DNA of 64,000 nucleotides from Nitrospirales bacterium (GTDB lineage Bacteria; Nitrospirota; Nitrospiria; Nitrospirales; UBA8639): NCBI GenBank assembly GCA_965203295.1, contig CBDBCZ010000018.1, positions 800,001 to 864,000 of the forward strand, read 5' to 3'. Shown piece by piece: positions 13,274 to 25,800 of this stretch (position 1 is its first letter; each line of letters starts with the position of its first letter). The notes under the pieces were generated by a model. It saw only the letters and a program-made list of their open reading frames with translations, ran no database searches and was not told where the DNA came from. The position numbers and the translations under genes were made by a program.

Positions 13274-13666
13274 TCACTTTCCAGCTGGCAGTGGAGGCGA
13301 GCGAAGACATGGAATAAAGCATGCGACATTTTCAAATGCGAATGTCGTAGTACCGCAAAAGTTCAAACAAAATGAAAAGATTCCCCCCGCGGCGTTAACG
13401 ACCGTTCCTTTGACGGAGAGCCGCGACGGTGCGTCTTCGCCGTCGTCATCCTCGCTGCTAGATCTTGAAGTTCCTGTTCGAGACGCTCCAGTGCGAGTGG
13501 TTCCATATCGACTCGTTCCAGTTCGAGACGTTCCATATCGACTCGTTCCAGTTCGAGACGTTCCATATCGTCGCGGTGTGGAGCGACGTCCTTCCGACGG
13601 CTTTGTTAGCGCTCCTATTATCAGAATGCTGGCGAGAAGCGCGATTAGAAGTAGTTCCTGCCTCAT
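13274..13666 (-). CDS. Secreted peptide precursor 5 (130 aa, divergent) with R-x-G-T-S pentapeptide repeats and C-x3-C-x11-C-x3-C
   Basis: Hydrophobic signal peptide, RYGTSRTGTS repeats (exact 30-bp duplication at 13501-13560), SSSEDDDGED spacer, core CLNFC...ACFIPC. Confidence 0.8.
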   Translation of the reverse strand: MRQELLLIALLASILIIGALTKPSEGRRSTPRRYGTSRTGTSRYGTSRTGTSRYGTTRTGASRTGTSRSSSEDDDGEDAPSRLSVKGTVVNAAGGIFSFCLNFCGTTTFAFENVACFIPCLRSPPLPAGK

Positions 13667-13889
13667 ATTTCACGGTTGCTGCGACTTTGAAGGGCTGTAT
13701 GGTCACTGTGACACTCGATATGCTTTGCGTAAACGGCACTCTTCACTATTAGCTATGCATATTTGCCTGTAGGACACAATTTTTATGACCTGTTGTGTCC
13801 AAGGCGTTGCTTTTGCTATACTAGGCAGATTATACAATCTTTGTTTGATGAATTTGGCACGCACACTGTATTGTAATTAGTAAGCGAGC

Positions 13890-15375
13890 AAGTAAGTAAA
13901 TAACAAGTTTCGTAGCCAACTGAATTGAATATACGCCCATGCCTTACAATTATTCTAAGTTTGAGTTTACTAATTACAAAAGGTAGAGTGTATATACATG
14001 TAGCTATGTGGCTGCAAAGAGCCCATAGGTCAAATCGAAGTGACAATAATGTGGAGTACATCAAGTAAGGGATATGAAACTCTGCTGGACAAATGTGGCT
14101 AACCGACGGATAAGGATGTGGTCCCGAGACAACATGATAAATGTGAACCTATCCAAAGAATTCAGAAAATAGAAAGCAGAGTTCAGAATAAAACAGCGGT
14201 TAAATAGGTCCTCTCTAGCTCTCCCATCAAACTTGTGGCAGTCGACCAAGAAGTGCATTAGCACACCACAAAGCATGCATGTTCGCTCTTCTAACGGAGT
14301 AGGAGTAGGCAGGGTATATCTCCCAGTTTCAATTCTTAACTGATGAGCGCTCGATCTCAGTTTGGCCAGTGATACTCTAAGATGCGGAGGGAGGTTGAGG
14401 TAGGGCTCATAAGCTATTAAGTTTTTAAAAAGCCTGAATGTTCTCAGGTTTCTTGATGATAATAACTCACTACTCCAAAGCTGCAAATATTGGTCGCAAA
14501 GCCTCTGTGAGTTGGTCAATAAAGTCGTTCTGTAGGATTCCTGTGGGGTTATTCCAGACATAGGGGAACCCCACTTCACTCAGGACCCGTTTGACAGCCA
14601 CAGCCCACTCATCTCATGAGTCAAAGAGAGTCAGCTGATAAGCTCCCTGTAGCAGACTGGGTACGTTCCAGTATGTTGCAAGTCGTAACCAATATTTAAC
14701 CAGCGTAATTTTGTATTTACTCATTAAGGAAACGTGTCCCAGGTCGCCATAAACAACGAGATTGCTAGCGGAAGAAGGCAAAGCTAGGGCAAACTTGCAA
14801 AAATGCCTGTGCAGCAACTCCAGCTCATTTGCATTAGAAAAGGAACAGATCTCGCAGGCATATTCGGTAATAGGTCTCACTAAGGAATCAAACAAGTGCG
14901 ACAGGATATGAGGATTAGGATAGTGTAGGCAAGTCGCTTTCTTGATAAGGGAGTGTAGGGCTTTGTTGGCTTGACCCGCAAGCAGATTTATTGCTGGTTT
15001 CAATGACCCATTTGAAGAAAGTAGGAGCCCCAAATACTTGTATTCCTTTACCACTTCAATTGGAATGCTGTTCAGGGTAATGATCGGCTCATTGTGGGAT
15101 CTGGGGTGAGTGAAGGGGACTACCCTGGTTTTGGTGAGGTTAACTTGAAGATCCCATGTCTTGCAAAATCCAGAAAGGGTATCAACTGCTTTTTGTAGGC
15201 CAGCAACTGAATCAGCTAACAGAACTAGGTCATCAGCAAACATTAGTAGACGAAGGCAGGAATTAATGAGTTACTAGTAATACATCCAGCTTGACTATCG
15301 TCGAGTGTATTTCTAAGTCTGCCACATACAGGCTGTAAAGGAGGGGGCTAAGATTGCAACCCTGGCACACTCCCC
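13890..15375 (-). mobile_element. 5'-truncated, disrupted non-LTR retrotransposon (CR1/L2-group-like ORF2 3' half)
   Basis: RT motifs GVCQGCNLSPLLYSLYV (about 15320-15372), FADDLVLL and YKYLG. The C-terminal part carries HQLRIETGRY...CMLC...HFLVDC. The coding sequence is split across frames. Confidence 0.9.
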
Positions 15376-15648
15376 GTCCGTTGTTGCATTCACCTCAAAC
15401 AAAACATTTCTTCAAGTGCACATGCATGGGCTATAATTACCTCATGGTGAGCTAATAAAATTGTTAATCATGCTGATGAAAGCCATAAGGCAGCATCACA
15501 TGTATACTATCTCAAATTATAGTCATGATGTTGTATTCTATTGTTTGTATTAAAACATCTTTACAAGCACAGTACGCAAGGCAAAGACAAAAGTAAGCAA
15601 TAATAGGAGAAGCTAGGAAACAAAAATAAAACAGTACAAAACAACAAA

Positions 15649-15753
15649 TTATTTATAAGTGACAGTTTTCAAAACAGAAACCGAATTCCCTCTCTGAACT
15701 GCCACAGACAACCTTTGGAGAAGGTATGTGTACGCCTTCTCTTCTCCAGAGTG
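15649..15753 (-). mobile_element. 3' remnant of an RLE-type (CRE/NeSL-like) non-LTR retroelement ORF
   Basis: Translates to SGEEKAYTYLLQRLSVAVQRGNSVSVL. The QRLSVAVQRGN motif is typical of the extreme C-terminus of these elements. Confidence 0.7.
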
Positions 15754-15858
15754 AGAGACTGAATACAATTGCAGCAATTAGCTACATAGCATGTACATGA
15801 TGCTGTCTAAGTTGTATTCCTTTATTTAGCTAACATATAAAAAAGTGTAATTGGGGAA

Positions 15859-16021
15859 TTAACCCTTGCCCACCATAAGAAACAGCTTAAAGAAGCAGAA
15901 AAGCCTGTACAAAGTATTAAAGCCTGAAAATAACCCCCCCCCCCCATATAGATTCATATGGGCTTATTGGAGCTCATGACGCAATATTATAATATATGTC
16001 ATTGGTGGGTAAAAGAGTTAA
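15859..16021. mobile_element. Short TTAA-flanked (piggyBac-type) MITE; other copies at 20252-20388 (inverted) and 44771-44829 (partial)
   Basis: Ends read ttaaCCCTTGCCCACCA...TGGTGGGTAAAAGAGttaa. The internal sequence is shared among the three copies. Confidence 0.7.
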
Positions 16022-19000
16022 GTAAAACAGGCAGGCTGCCTTGAATGGTGTGCAGAACATGCATGCTTAGCCTAGTCACTACACTGTATTTAGCTATAAT
16101 ATGTCCCACCTTAACCACTCCTTGGCTGAATTAGAGACTGAATACAATTACAGCAATTATACCATGTACATGACGTTGTCTAAGTTTTACAGTCATGTAT
16201 TCTATTGTATTTGTACAATCAACAATTGTGTAAAGTACGTATGACAATGTATAGCTGAAATGTCTCCTACCTAAAGCACGCCTTGCCAAAGCCAACAGTT
16301 CAATAGCCTGTCTTGTTGTCAAACCCTCTCTCTGACTATGGGCTGGAGTGTAAGGCGTGGCCATAACCATACTCAATATACTACTATGTTAGTTACAGTA
16401 CCAACAGAACTGAGCAGCCCAGTTCTATCTGAGCACAAAAATGGAGTGTCAAAAACCGACACCCTAAGTAGCTGTACAGGTTACTACAGATGACTTCTAT
16501 TTAAACTTTTCCATAACCACGACAGTGCATCTTTCTATGACATTGATTTAGATAACACACCAAATTAACACTGAGTCTCATTGATATTCTACGTATATAG
16601 CTAACTTAGGGCATTGGTAGCTTATAGTATCTAGGTTGAGCCAGAGACAAGGCGTAAAATTCATTATAATAGCTGCTTGTTCTCTGAGCCACTTAGCTCT
16701 TCATATGCTTTAAAGATATACTCTGTACGAAGATGACTATATACGGGAAAATGACTACTATACTTTGACATTATGGTAGCTATCTTATCCTAATAAACAA
16801 GCTTGCAAACAAAAGCAGAATTAACCAGATGTTTATATAATAGTCAATGCAGCCTGTGCCAGGGACATTTTTGGACTTGATTGTCAAAAGTATAATTATA
16901 TATAGAATCTTGGAATTCAAACTGTTTGTTGGCATGCTCATCATGCACAAACAACCAACTAGGCTGTGTTGTGTGGCCATTCAAGTTTGCAAACACTGAT
17001 TAAAGCTGAAAGTTTAACAACGATCTCCTACAGCCATTGTTTACCAAACGTCGTATCTAATTTACCAATTTGGGAAGACTGCCATGTCAAATTTAACGCA
17101 GCAGGCAACTGCAGGTGTGTGGATCAGCGTACCACCGTAAACATTCCACACCTAAAAACCATATAGTAAACGCCAATGCTGTGATGTTGCATAAACCGTT
17201 TGTTTTGGGAAGGAGTATATTATAGTCATTATGGAATCGGTCAGCTCTACAGGCGTGCTGTCACATTTAAGGTAATATATACAAAGTGATTACAAATCAA
17301 TTGAGCAAAAAGTGGTAAAGAGATTACAGTGCACTCACTTGTAAGTTATATTTGAAAACAGGGAACTAACATACACCCGCTACTTATCAGAACCCTCAGA
17401 AAGCACTAAGTCTTGCACAAAACCAAAAAACAAGGTAGTAAATTCCCTTACATTATCATATACAGGACTGAGATGGTTAGTCGAGGCTGCTTGAATAGCA
17501 TCGATGAAAGTTATATACTGAGATTCTGTGCTTCCGGCCTCAAGGCCAACTTGTTTCAGCTTCTCCATGGCATCACCCATTTCCACTCTCCAGTACGTTC
17601 ACACATTGCTAATGATAGTGTTATTATGACTACATTATATGCACTTTTTATGACTGCGATTCAAATTATTCATTATTCAAATCCCAAAATCAGTAGTAAT
17701 GTTAGCATAATGTGAGGATAGCATGCACATAGTCTTCTGCTACAACATTAAAGAAAGACGTAGCTACTGTGACCAGCTCACAAATATTTCGCCAAATTTC
17801 CAAAATACCGTCATATTAATTTATCTCAGTGAAACACACTATGTTTCAGCACAAGTTAGCTTTCATCAGTTATTTCAGGTATATGTAGTAATATTACAAA
17901 TAACCATATGTGTATATTCTATACATGCATGCTCGAAACACACAGCTTGGTGGTTAGCTACATGGATTGCAAAATTAATTATTCAGATATGCATGAGTTA
18001 GGATCCAAAATGCTCTCTATTTTGTAATTGAATTAGCTCTGAAGTCTTCTATCTACAACTGAGCATGCCTAAGCTAACACATGTACTTTTAGTAACAACA
18101 GCAAACGTATCTCAGTTAAAATATCCAACTTCTTTTTCTAGTGTAATTAAGAGATCCAAAAAACTGAAGTACAGCTTGACTTGACTTGAATGTGCAGATG
18201 AAGCAATCGCTACCTTTGCTTAGCTTCACCTTTTACTTATATTGACTACGATAGCCATAAGACCATAATTGCTGATTTACTGTGCACTGTGGAGAAAGCT
18301 ATACAGCATCGTATAGTTTCCATGCAACAGAGCAGCTAGTATAGCAAATGTGTAAGCATGGAAGTATTTGTCCACCTATTGTCCCTTCGTCCAGTATTGT
18401 CAAAACAACCAATTTTTGACAATATTAGGTTTTTTGGACTGAATAAAATACAGGCCTCACCATTACACCATGATGCAGTAGCTATAGGTTAACAGCAACA
18501 GCATAGATAATCATTTCAAGGCAATTTTAGTATATTATTATGTGCATGCGTATAATTTTTGGTTATAGATGTGAGGTACCATGGAGGTGACATATTTAAG
18601 GAATATAAGTATGGAGCAGGTACAGTACTTTTCATAAACCTGCAGCAGCAAACCAGCAACTTCAGTAAACTCATGATTTGATTCAAGTGGTGCCCACTTC
18701 CTTTCAGAAGAGGATGGCTTAACCACTAACCGACAATATTAGTGATGACCACTAATTTCATAAAAGGTGAGGTAATATACATACTTCTAGCAGATAGGCA
18801 TATTCATCTAAGTACCATTGTATAACAATGCCATCGCTTCGGGTAGCTTTTTATTGGTTCATTGTATAGCTAGACCAACACAAGCGTTAAACAATAAAGT
18901 TATTCTGTCTTTTATAAAACACAATCAAATCCAGTATAACAATAGCTTCTCTTTCTGTAAAAATGTTTGTTTGAATAATCACAATGCAATCGGCTTATCG

Positions 19001-19025
19001 TACAACAAAAAAAGAAACAAAGGTC

Positions 19026-19822
19026 TCAGCCTATACTTCCAAACACTGCACCCACGCATTCAAACGCCCCAGATACTTCATTGAGAGTCAGGCTGTCACC
19101 AGGAGCAGTTGGAATGAGCGGTATAATGCAACCAATGAGTGTCTGCGCTAGCACACCAATATTGGGTCCCTCCTCTTCCGGCTCTTCTGGGCATCTTGTT
19201 CTTGATCTTCTGCTTGATCTCGATCTTCTTGATCTGCTACCTCTGGTGCGGCATCTACTCCCTATGGAAAATGCAATGTGTATAGTGTTACTTTGTAGTG
19301 TTACTAAACCCCCTTTAAAGGGCCTTCCTGAAGTAAAAACATTTTGCCAAGTCCCAAATATAAGTGAATTTACTCGACCCCTGTCTTTACAGGATAATTT
19401 ACCAGGTCCCCAATGTGCACACCTTACAGAAGTTCCACTGTATGTTTTTATACAAAGAAAAGTCTTTGTTTATATTCCACCTGATACAGTGTAGGTAGCC
19501 AAAGACATAAAATATATTAGATGGTTCAGAGTATGTGAAGCTTGGGACCTCGATAATCATTGCCTTGGACTAGTTCCAACATAGCTGCTCATGCTGTATA
19601 AACTATGCCTGGTAGTTATATAGGCAAACTAGTGGCTAGGAATTAGCTATTCCCTTTAAATTACAAAAGGCAAGATCACTTACTTGAGCGTGCTACACGA
19701 ATGTGTTCATTTTCAGCAGCAACATCCCCGTTTGCTTCAATGTGCACACCTTCTTCACAGATGACACTATCTATGAACAAAGCAACCACCAGAAGACAAA
19801 TAAGAAGCTTTTCACAGTGCAT
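19026..19822 (-). CDS. Secreted peptide precursor 6 (124 aa, two exons: 19684-19822 and 19026-19261)
   Basis: Exon 1 MHCEKLLICLLVVALFIDSVICEEGVHIEANGDVAAENEHIRVARS ends at a|GTAAGT. The acceptor ttttccatAG|gg keeps the phase and gives RSRCRTRGSRSRRSRSSRRSRTRCPEEPEEEGPNIGVLAQTLIGCIIPLIPTAPGDSLTLNEVSGAFECVGAVFGSIG*. TATAAAA lies at 19877-19883. Confidence 0.8.
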
Positions 19823-20552
19823 TTTTTCTTGCTTGAAGCTTTTGCTAGTATTCTGATTTTTGGAAGTTTGTTTGAGTTTTATAGCAATTGTTCACCTGTT
19901 ATTGCCAACAAGATAATTTATCAACTCTCTTATCTCAAATTTGGTGTTCATAATCTTTTCCTTTTCAGGCAAAGGCAGGGCAAAAATGTGGGCACAGCAT
20001 ATGCACTACCTTGTCAACTAAAACTGTGAAAATTGTACAGTGTGGTGTTCCATTGAGTCATGCCCATATAAGGCCAAGGTGGGGAAAATTCTGGCGGTAG
20101 CGGCCAATAGAGTTTGTCACACTAAATAGCTACTCAGCATGCATGTCTGAATCGGTTGCTTGATGTAATGTGAGATTGGGCTAGAGTTTAGTCACCCTGA
20201 ATACGTTTCTAACCAATCCACCATTTGCTCAAGCAGACAATTATTGCTTCATTAACTCTTTACCAACCAATGACGCATATATGCGTATGAGCTTCCATAA
20301 GCCCATATGAATTTATATGGGGATTTTAATACTAGGCGTTAATACTTTGTACAGGCTTACTGCTTCTTTAAGCTGTTGCTTATGGTGATTCAGTAATGCT
20401 CGCTTGCTAACACAATTATAACAGTGCCAGAAAAGTTGAAGAAGTATAACAGAGCACATCTTTGTTTGTCTACCACCAAAGCATTCCCAAGCCTGAGGGA
20501 AGCATCATCTTAATTCAGTTGTGACTGGCAAATTATGAATAAAGCTGAGGTG

Positions 20553-20635
20553 CCCATATCCAATAGAGACCGGGTGGTAGGTATATATCTCTCTCCCATA
20601 TCCAATAGAGACCGGGTGGTAGGTATATATCTCTC
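20553..20635. repeat. 42-bp tandem duplication
   Basis: Two copies of cccatatccaatagagaccgggtggtaggtatatatctctct. Confidence 0.9.
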
Positions 20636-21534
20636 TGATTTAGATACCTCATTTAAGCCGGCATACTTCAAAAGAAATTATTCATGTCTATGTCTTAATG
20701 TAATTTTACCATGCCATAGAGTTTTAATGCCACATAAATGAAACTGTACAAAATTGAGATGGGGTAGCTAAATACTACACGGTAATATCTTTGTTAGCGT
20801 GCCATGATGTTATTTGCTTGTAATTGTAAACCCAAAAATTATATTGTGATGACGGTTTAGGGTTTATTACTTTATAAGTTCACCGACACTGAGTTTTCAA
20901 GGACATACCAAAATAGCCACAACATTGTGATTACTTATTAGCTCTGTAACATCAATTTTGACATGTTGAATACACATAACGCATGTATTTGCAAACTATC
21001 AAAATAGTTTGTAATGAGTTCAGAGCCTTTGAACTATGAATACAAGTTAAACGGTTAGCCAAGTTATACTGTTTACAAATTATAGACTGTTTACAAGTTA
21101 GACTCTTTGCCAAAAGAGCTGTTAAAATCCAACACGCTAAACTTCTATCTTAAAGGTAATACTGCAGTCACCTTATAGTATGTCTATCGAGGTAACACTT
21201 TTACCAATTCATGGTAGCTACTGCTGCCAATTGTACAATATTTTGAGCTACAGTGTACACCAAGACCATTCACAATACATTCCTAGAGCCCTTGTCTTTA
21301 TTTATTTTTCATATCTTTTGTGATTATGATATCTCCTGTACACCCAGAAGTTAGCAAGTTGATCGTACACTAGCTATTTGCAACTGAGGAAGATCCACAG
21401 ACATTTTGCAAGTACTACAGCAGTAAAGTCCAAATATTCTACAGTTTTGTTACACACAACGACTATCCATTTGAATACTTATCAAATTATTACTTGAAAT
21501 CAGTTATATAAGGCAACAGTGATTTTCTTTTATA

Positions 21535-21779
21535 GTTTTTTTTTATTTGTAATGCTAGTGGACTGCGGAGCAACACTGTTTTCACTAATTCTTAATATTT
21601 TCAGGATCTTGTGAGGAGTATGTGTGGAAATACGCTTGGTAGGCAAGCAAAAGGTCCAGTTGAAATGTATTTTTTTATTTGTAGTGTTAGTGGACTGCGG
21701 AGCCACACTGTTTTCACTATTTCTTACTATTTTCAGGATCTTGTGAGGAATATGTGTGGAAATACGCTTGGTAGGCAAG
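21535..21779. repeat. 132-bp-period tandem duplication
   Basis: tcaggatcttgtgagga occurs at 21601 and 21733. Confidence 0.9.
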
Positions 21780-22848
21780 GCATTGTAGCTATAGAGAAAT
21801 GATAGGTGAGTTAGTGCATGCATGTGTTTTCTGCTGCACAGGAAATAAAGAATTCAAGGTAGAGAAAAAAATTTGAGGGGGGGTAGGGGGTCTCTTCTAA
21901 CAATCACAAGTAGAGTCACACAAACATTAAACTGTTTTGCCATCTGACGAACGAATGCCAGAATGTTGCAGCCTTACAGTTTGAATGTTGATGTTTGTGT
22001 ATATAGCTAATTTACTTATTGTTGTAGAGAGAAAAGCACAACAAAAACTTTGCAAAAGTGAATTTTATTGTTTCTTGTAATGGGAGATTATTGAACACGA
22101 CTAAGAGAAAGTATAATATTTATACTGTGTGCAAACGTGCATTGATTTCTCTAGTAATCACAGCAGATTCTACATATCACTTGGGGGAAACTTGCCAGAG
22201 ACGTAGAGGCTGTTAGGAGAGGGAAATGCAAAGAACGTTATAGAGTTCCAGGTTTTGAGATCCAAAGTGGATGTACTATGAGTAATGTTTCATGGATGCC
22301 TGTAGTCCATACCCTAATACGTAGCTTGTCAAAATCCAAAATTATATTGTACTTGATTCCCAGGATTCAAATCACTTATAATGCATCCAGGAAGGGAAAA
22401 GCTCTTGGCTTTGCCTAGTGGTACTTAATAACATATCCGAGTCTGTGCTATACTTTTGACTTCCGAACTAGTACCAGTGCAACCAAAACAAGTAATCAAG
22501 TGCCTAAACCTGTCCACCTGTGTTAAAATTGTAACACTTTTATCAGAAATGTACTAAACACAATGTGCAGCTACAAAAGGGGTCTGTATGAAATGAACAA
22601 CAAAGCCCTTAAATGGCTATGGATGATAGCTAATATTATGCAGGATTCACAAACCTTGTTTTATGGTACAGTATCAGTATAACAGTATCAGTATTATACT
22701 TTCTGATGGTAGATATTGCATAAAGAGTTTGTCACTGTGCAATATAAATATGCTGTGCACTGATAATACAAAAAGTGAAAAAGTGTAAAATTCTACATTG
22801 GCAATCGTGGTTACTATAGTAATTGTTACATCCGTCTTTAATTTACAA

Positions 22849-25800
22849 TCATTCCGTTGCCATGCATGGCTCTCGTAAAAAACGTAAGTCAACCACCGTC
22901 TGGGTTGGGGCAGACCCTGACACGAACACACGATCTGGTGGGTCCTCAAGCCCTGAGGCCACATCAATCAGGGAGACTTTTGTTTTATCATGCCTCTGGC
23001 TCAATGTCTTCCACAGTCCGGTGTTTTTGATTTGTAAAATGGAGTGGTAGATGACAATCCCTGTGAATGTTGCAAAAGCTATACCAACTGAGGTGATTGT
23101 AACAGCATTCTGGTTGCCTCCACTGGTACGAACATACAAAGTGGCTACAGCAAGAATGGACAGGTTAAGGATGAATGATGAATCAAGGAGGCCAAGGCTC
23201 CATGTCTTGTAGACTCTGCAACCAAGTATGATAGGAGGTAATAACATTGTAGTAGTTGCAATAGCTACATGGTTGACGCTGGGGTTTCCAAGAGCATTTA
23301 CTGCAGAGATAAGAAACAAAACAAGGCGAAGAAGAAGCATCAGTCCAGTCCAGTAGCGGTATTTGTTAGTGTAGGGTGCATGGTAGGCATCCAAGAAAGG
23401 TTTGACATAGCGACTGTTGATTAGAGAGAATATCATCAAGTGTGACTTGGCCTGAAGCCACTGGCTAATGACTAGCAACATTGTGAAGGGGAAAAACAGG
23501 CAAATCAGGCAAATCATCCCAGCTGTGAACAGTGGAATGTGCTTACCACTGAGGTATCTAACATTTCCATCATACAGCCATACAGCAATCTGTAGGTTGT
23601 TAGGATATTCTAGAAATGTAAACGAAAGTGCTGCAATAATAGTGCGAAGTAGTTTGGCATATGAGAGCAAGAAAAGTGTGGCTAGTACTGCGATTGGATT
23701 GCTTCCAAATATACTCGCCACTCTTCCTGAGTAGTGGCTGCCAACTATTATCAAGCCCACTAGAGCCCATAAATAGAGTGGGAATGTAAACTGCATCCAT
23801 GTTTTTGCACAGGCATCCATTCCTGTGTAGAAGCAAGTTTCAATTCCCAGGTCCAAGTTTAGCCAGGATATAAAAACGCTAAAAACATTCGCTATCATCA
23901 TAGTACTCGTAGTTTTCATTTGAAGTTGGAAGAATATTGCGGAGTTGACTTGTAAAATATTTGCATAGAAAATTAATCCACTGATAGTTCCAGCTGCAAC
24001 TGTCAGCCTCAGGACCATAAGTAAGACCACTAGTGCAATGCCAGCAGAAGCAAATGCAACTAAGAGCAGGAGATAAAAATTGGAGCACTGCAAACAGCGG
24101 GAGCTACCCAATACAAGACTCAGCTTGTCACTGCATCTTCCGCATAGTAAGCCACTTCTATTATAGTTACACTGTTGGTCACTGTCACTGACTGCCAAGT
24201 ATGTTTCATCTGATTTACAGTAATCGAATGGACAATTGGGATGAAGAATCAAACCTTTGTATTCACTGTCACTGTCATAGCCTACCCAAAAGTCAGCATT
24301 GTAGTCACGTAACACTGTTTTATTGTCTACTAAGCACGTGTTTGTAAATTTTTGAAGTCTCTCAGCACAAATGCATATTGGATCATTTTTTGATAGATGA
24401 TAACCAGCAGGACAGTATTGAATGTTCACAGTAACATTAAGGGTGTTAGTCTGAGTGGGTGAACAAGGACCTTTGGCATAAAGAGTCATTTTTTGAGTGG
24501 TACCTGTGGCATGTGATTTTATGGTGTACTGCAAGATATTGCAGTTGTTGTTAATGTTTTGAGAATATTCAAGGTTGCTGATACTAATGTTGTTAGATGT
24601 GTAAACAACTTCTATCACAGCTGTAGTTGTACCATTCCTTTGTCCATGTGCAATGACTGGAACCTCTAATGTTCCCCCGGGATACACAGGCTCAGGGTGG
24701 TAGGAACCACTGCAGTTTGTTACACCATCTCTGCAGGTACAGATATTCAGTGGGTCAGAAGAAATAGCTGGTTTGTTTTCACTCACTGCATCAAAATAAT
24801 ATCCACTAAGAGCTGTAGAACCCTCATAGTCTGAATGGAACTTGAAAGCATTGATTTTACAATTATCAACTGAGCCACCATGCAAGTCACTACCGCCTTC
24901 TAGAGCTGTGTTGTTGTCAAAGTACATCCTGATATTGAGGGAGTTGATATACCATTTTATATTGGAAAAATGATTCAAGAAATAATGTTGTTTTCGGCTT
25001 TTTCTTTGAAAGAAGCACTCACTGTTGCTCACATAAAAAGGTGTTGTAAGTGGAATGCAGTAAGTTAGTGGGTTGCTTTCTTCTACCTTGATTGCACCTC
25101 CAGTACTCATAGCACTGTTGTTTGTAAAGTGAACAGCAGAACCTGACTTCTGGTAGAGTTTAGAATCACCAGATAGCAGCAGTCCACCACCATTTTTGGC
25201 TGAATTGTCTGCAATGATTGTTGTGCTATTCACAAAGAAAAAAGTGCTCGTTGATGCATAAATCCCTCCTCCTCCTTCGTCTGCGGAATTTTTTGTGATG
25301 ATTGCAGTTCCATTAATTTGAGTGTTGTGTACATGCAGCCCTCCACCATATCTGGCTCTGTTGTTCTCAAAGGTGTTTCCAAACACTTTTAGTCGACTAT
25401 CCACTGCAGCCATTCCTCCACCATACTTGGCTGTGTTATTTCCAATAGAGATATTCCACATTTTTACTCTACTGTTTCTAGTTGCAAGGACTGCACCACC
25501 TAGAAATTGTGCATAATTGTCAGTAAAACAATCATCAGTAAAGATTACTTGGCTTGTATGCATGTATACAGTACCCCCAAAGGCAGCATGGCTGTTTTGA
25601 AAATGATTCCCTACAGAATGAAGGGTGCCGCCAATTATATAGTGTGCTCCCCCATTAGCACCAGCTGAGTTGGCCTGGAATGTGTTCCCAGTGAGGTTGA
25701 GCCTGCCACGAATTATATTAAGTGCTCCTCCATTTTGACCAGCAGAGTTGTTCTGGAATGTGTTCTCTGTGAGGTCGAGCCTGCCAAAACGTGCATCAAG

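Noticed and set aside
13242..13772. 176-aa plus-strand ORF and other overlapping repeat ORFs
   Set aside because: These are antisense or alternate-frame shadows of the repetitive gene 5.
16131..18726. Exon-like minus-strand fragments (for example 17380-17586, EKLKQVGLEAGSTESQYITFIDAIQ)
   Set aside because: I could not build a consistent splice chain or recognise any homology. A decayed gene is possible, and a BLASTx would decide.
19081..19494. 137-aa plus-strand ORF
   Set aside because: It is antisense to exon 2 of gene 6 and runs into an intronic repeat.
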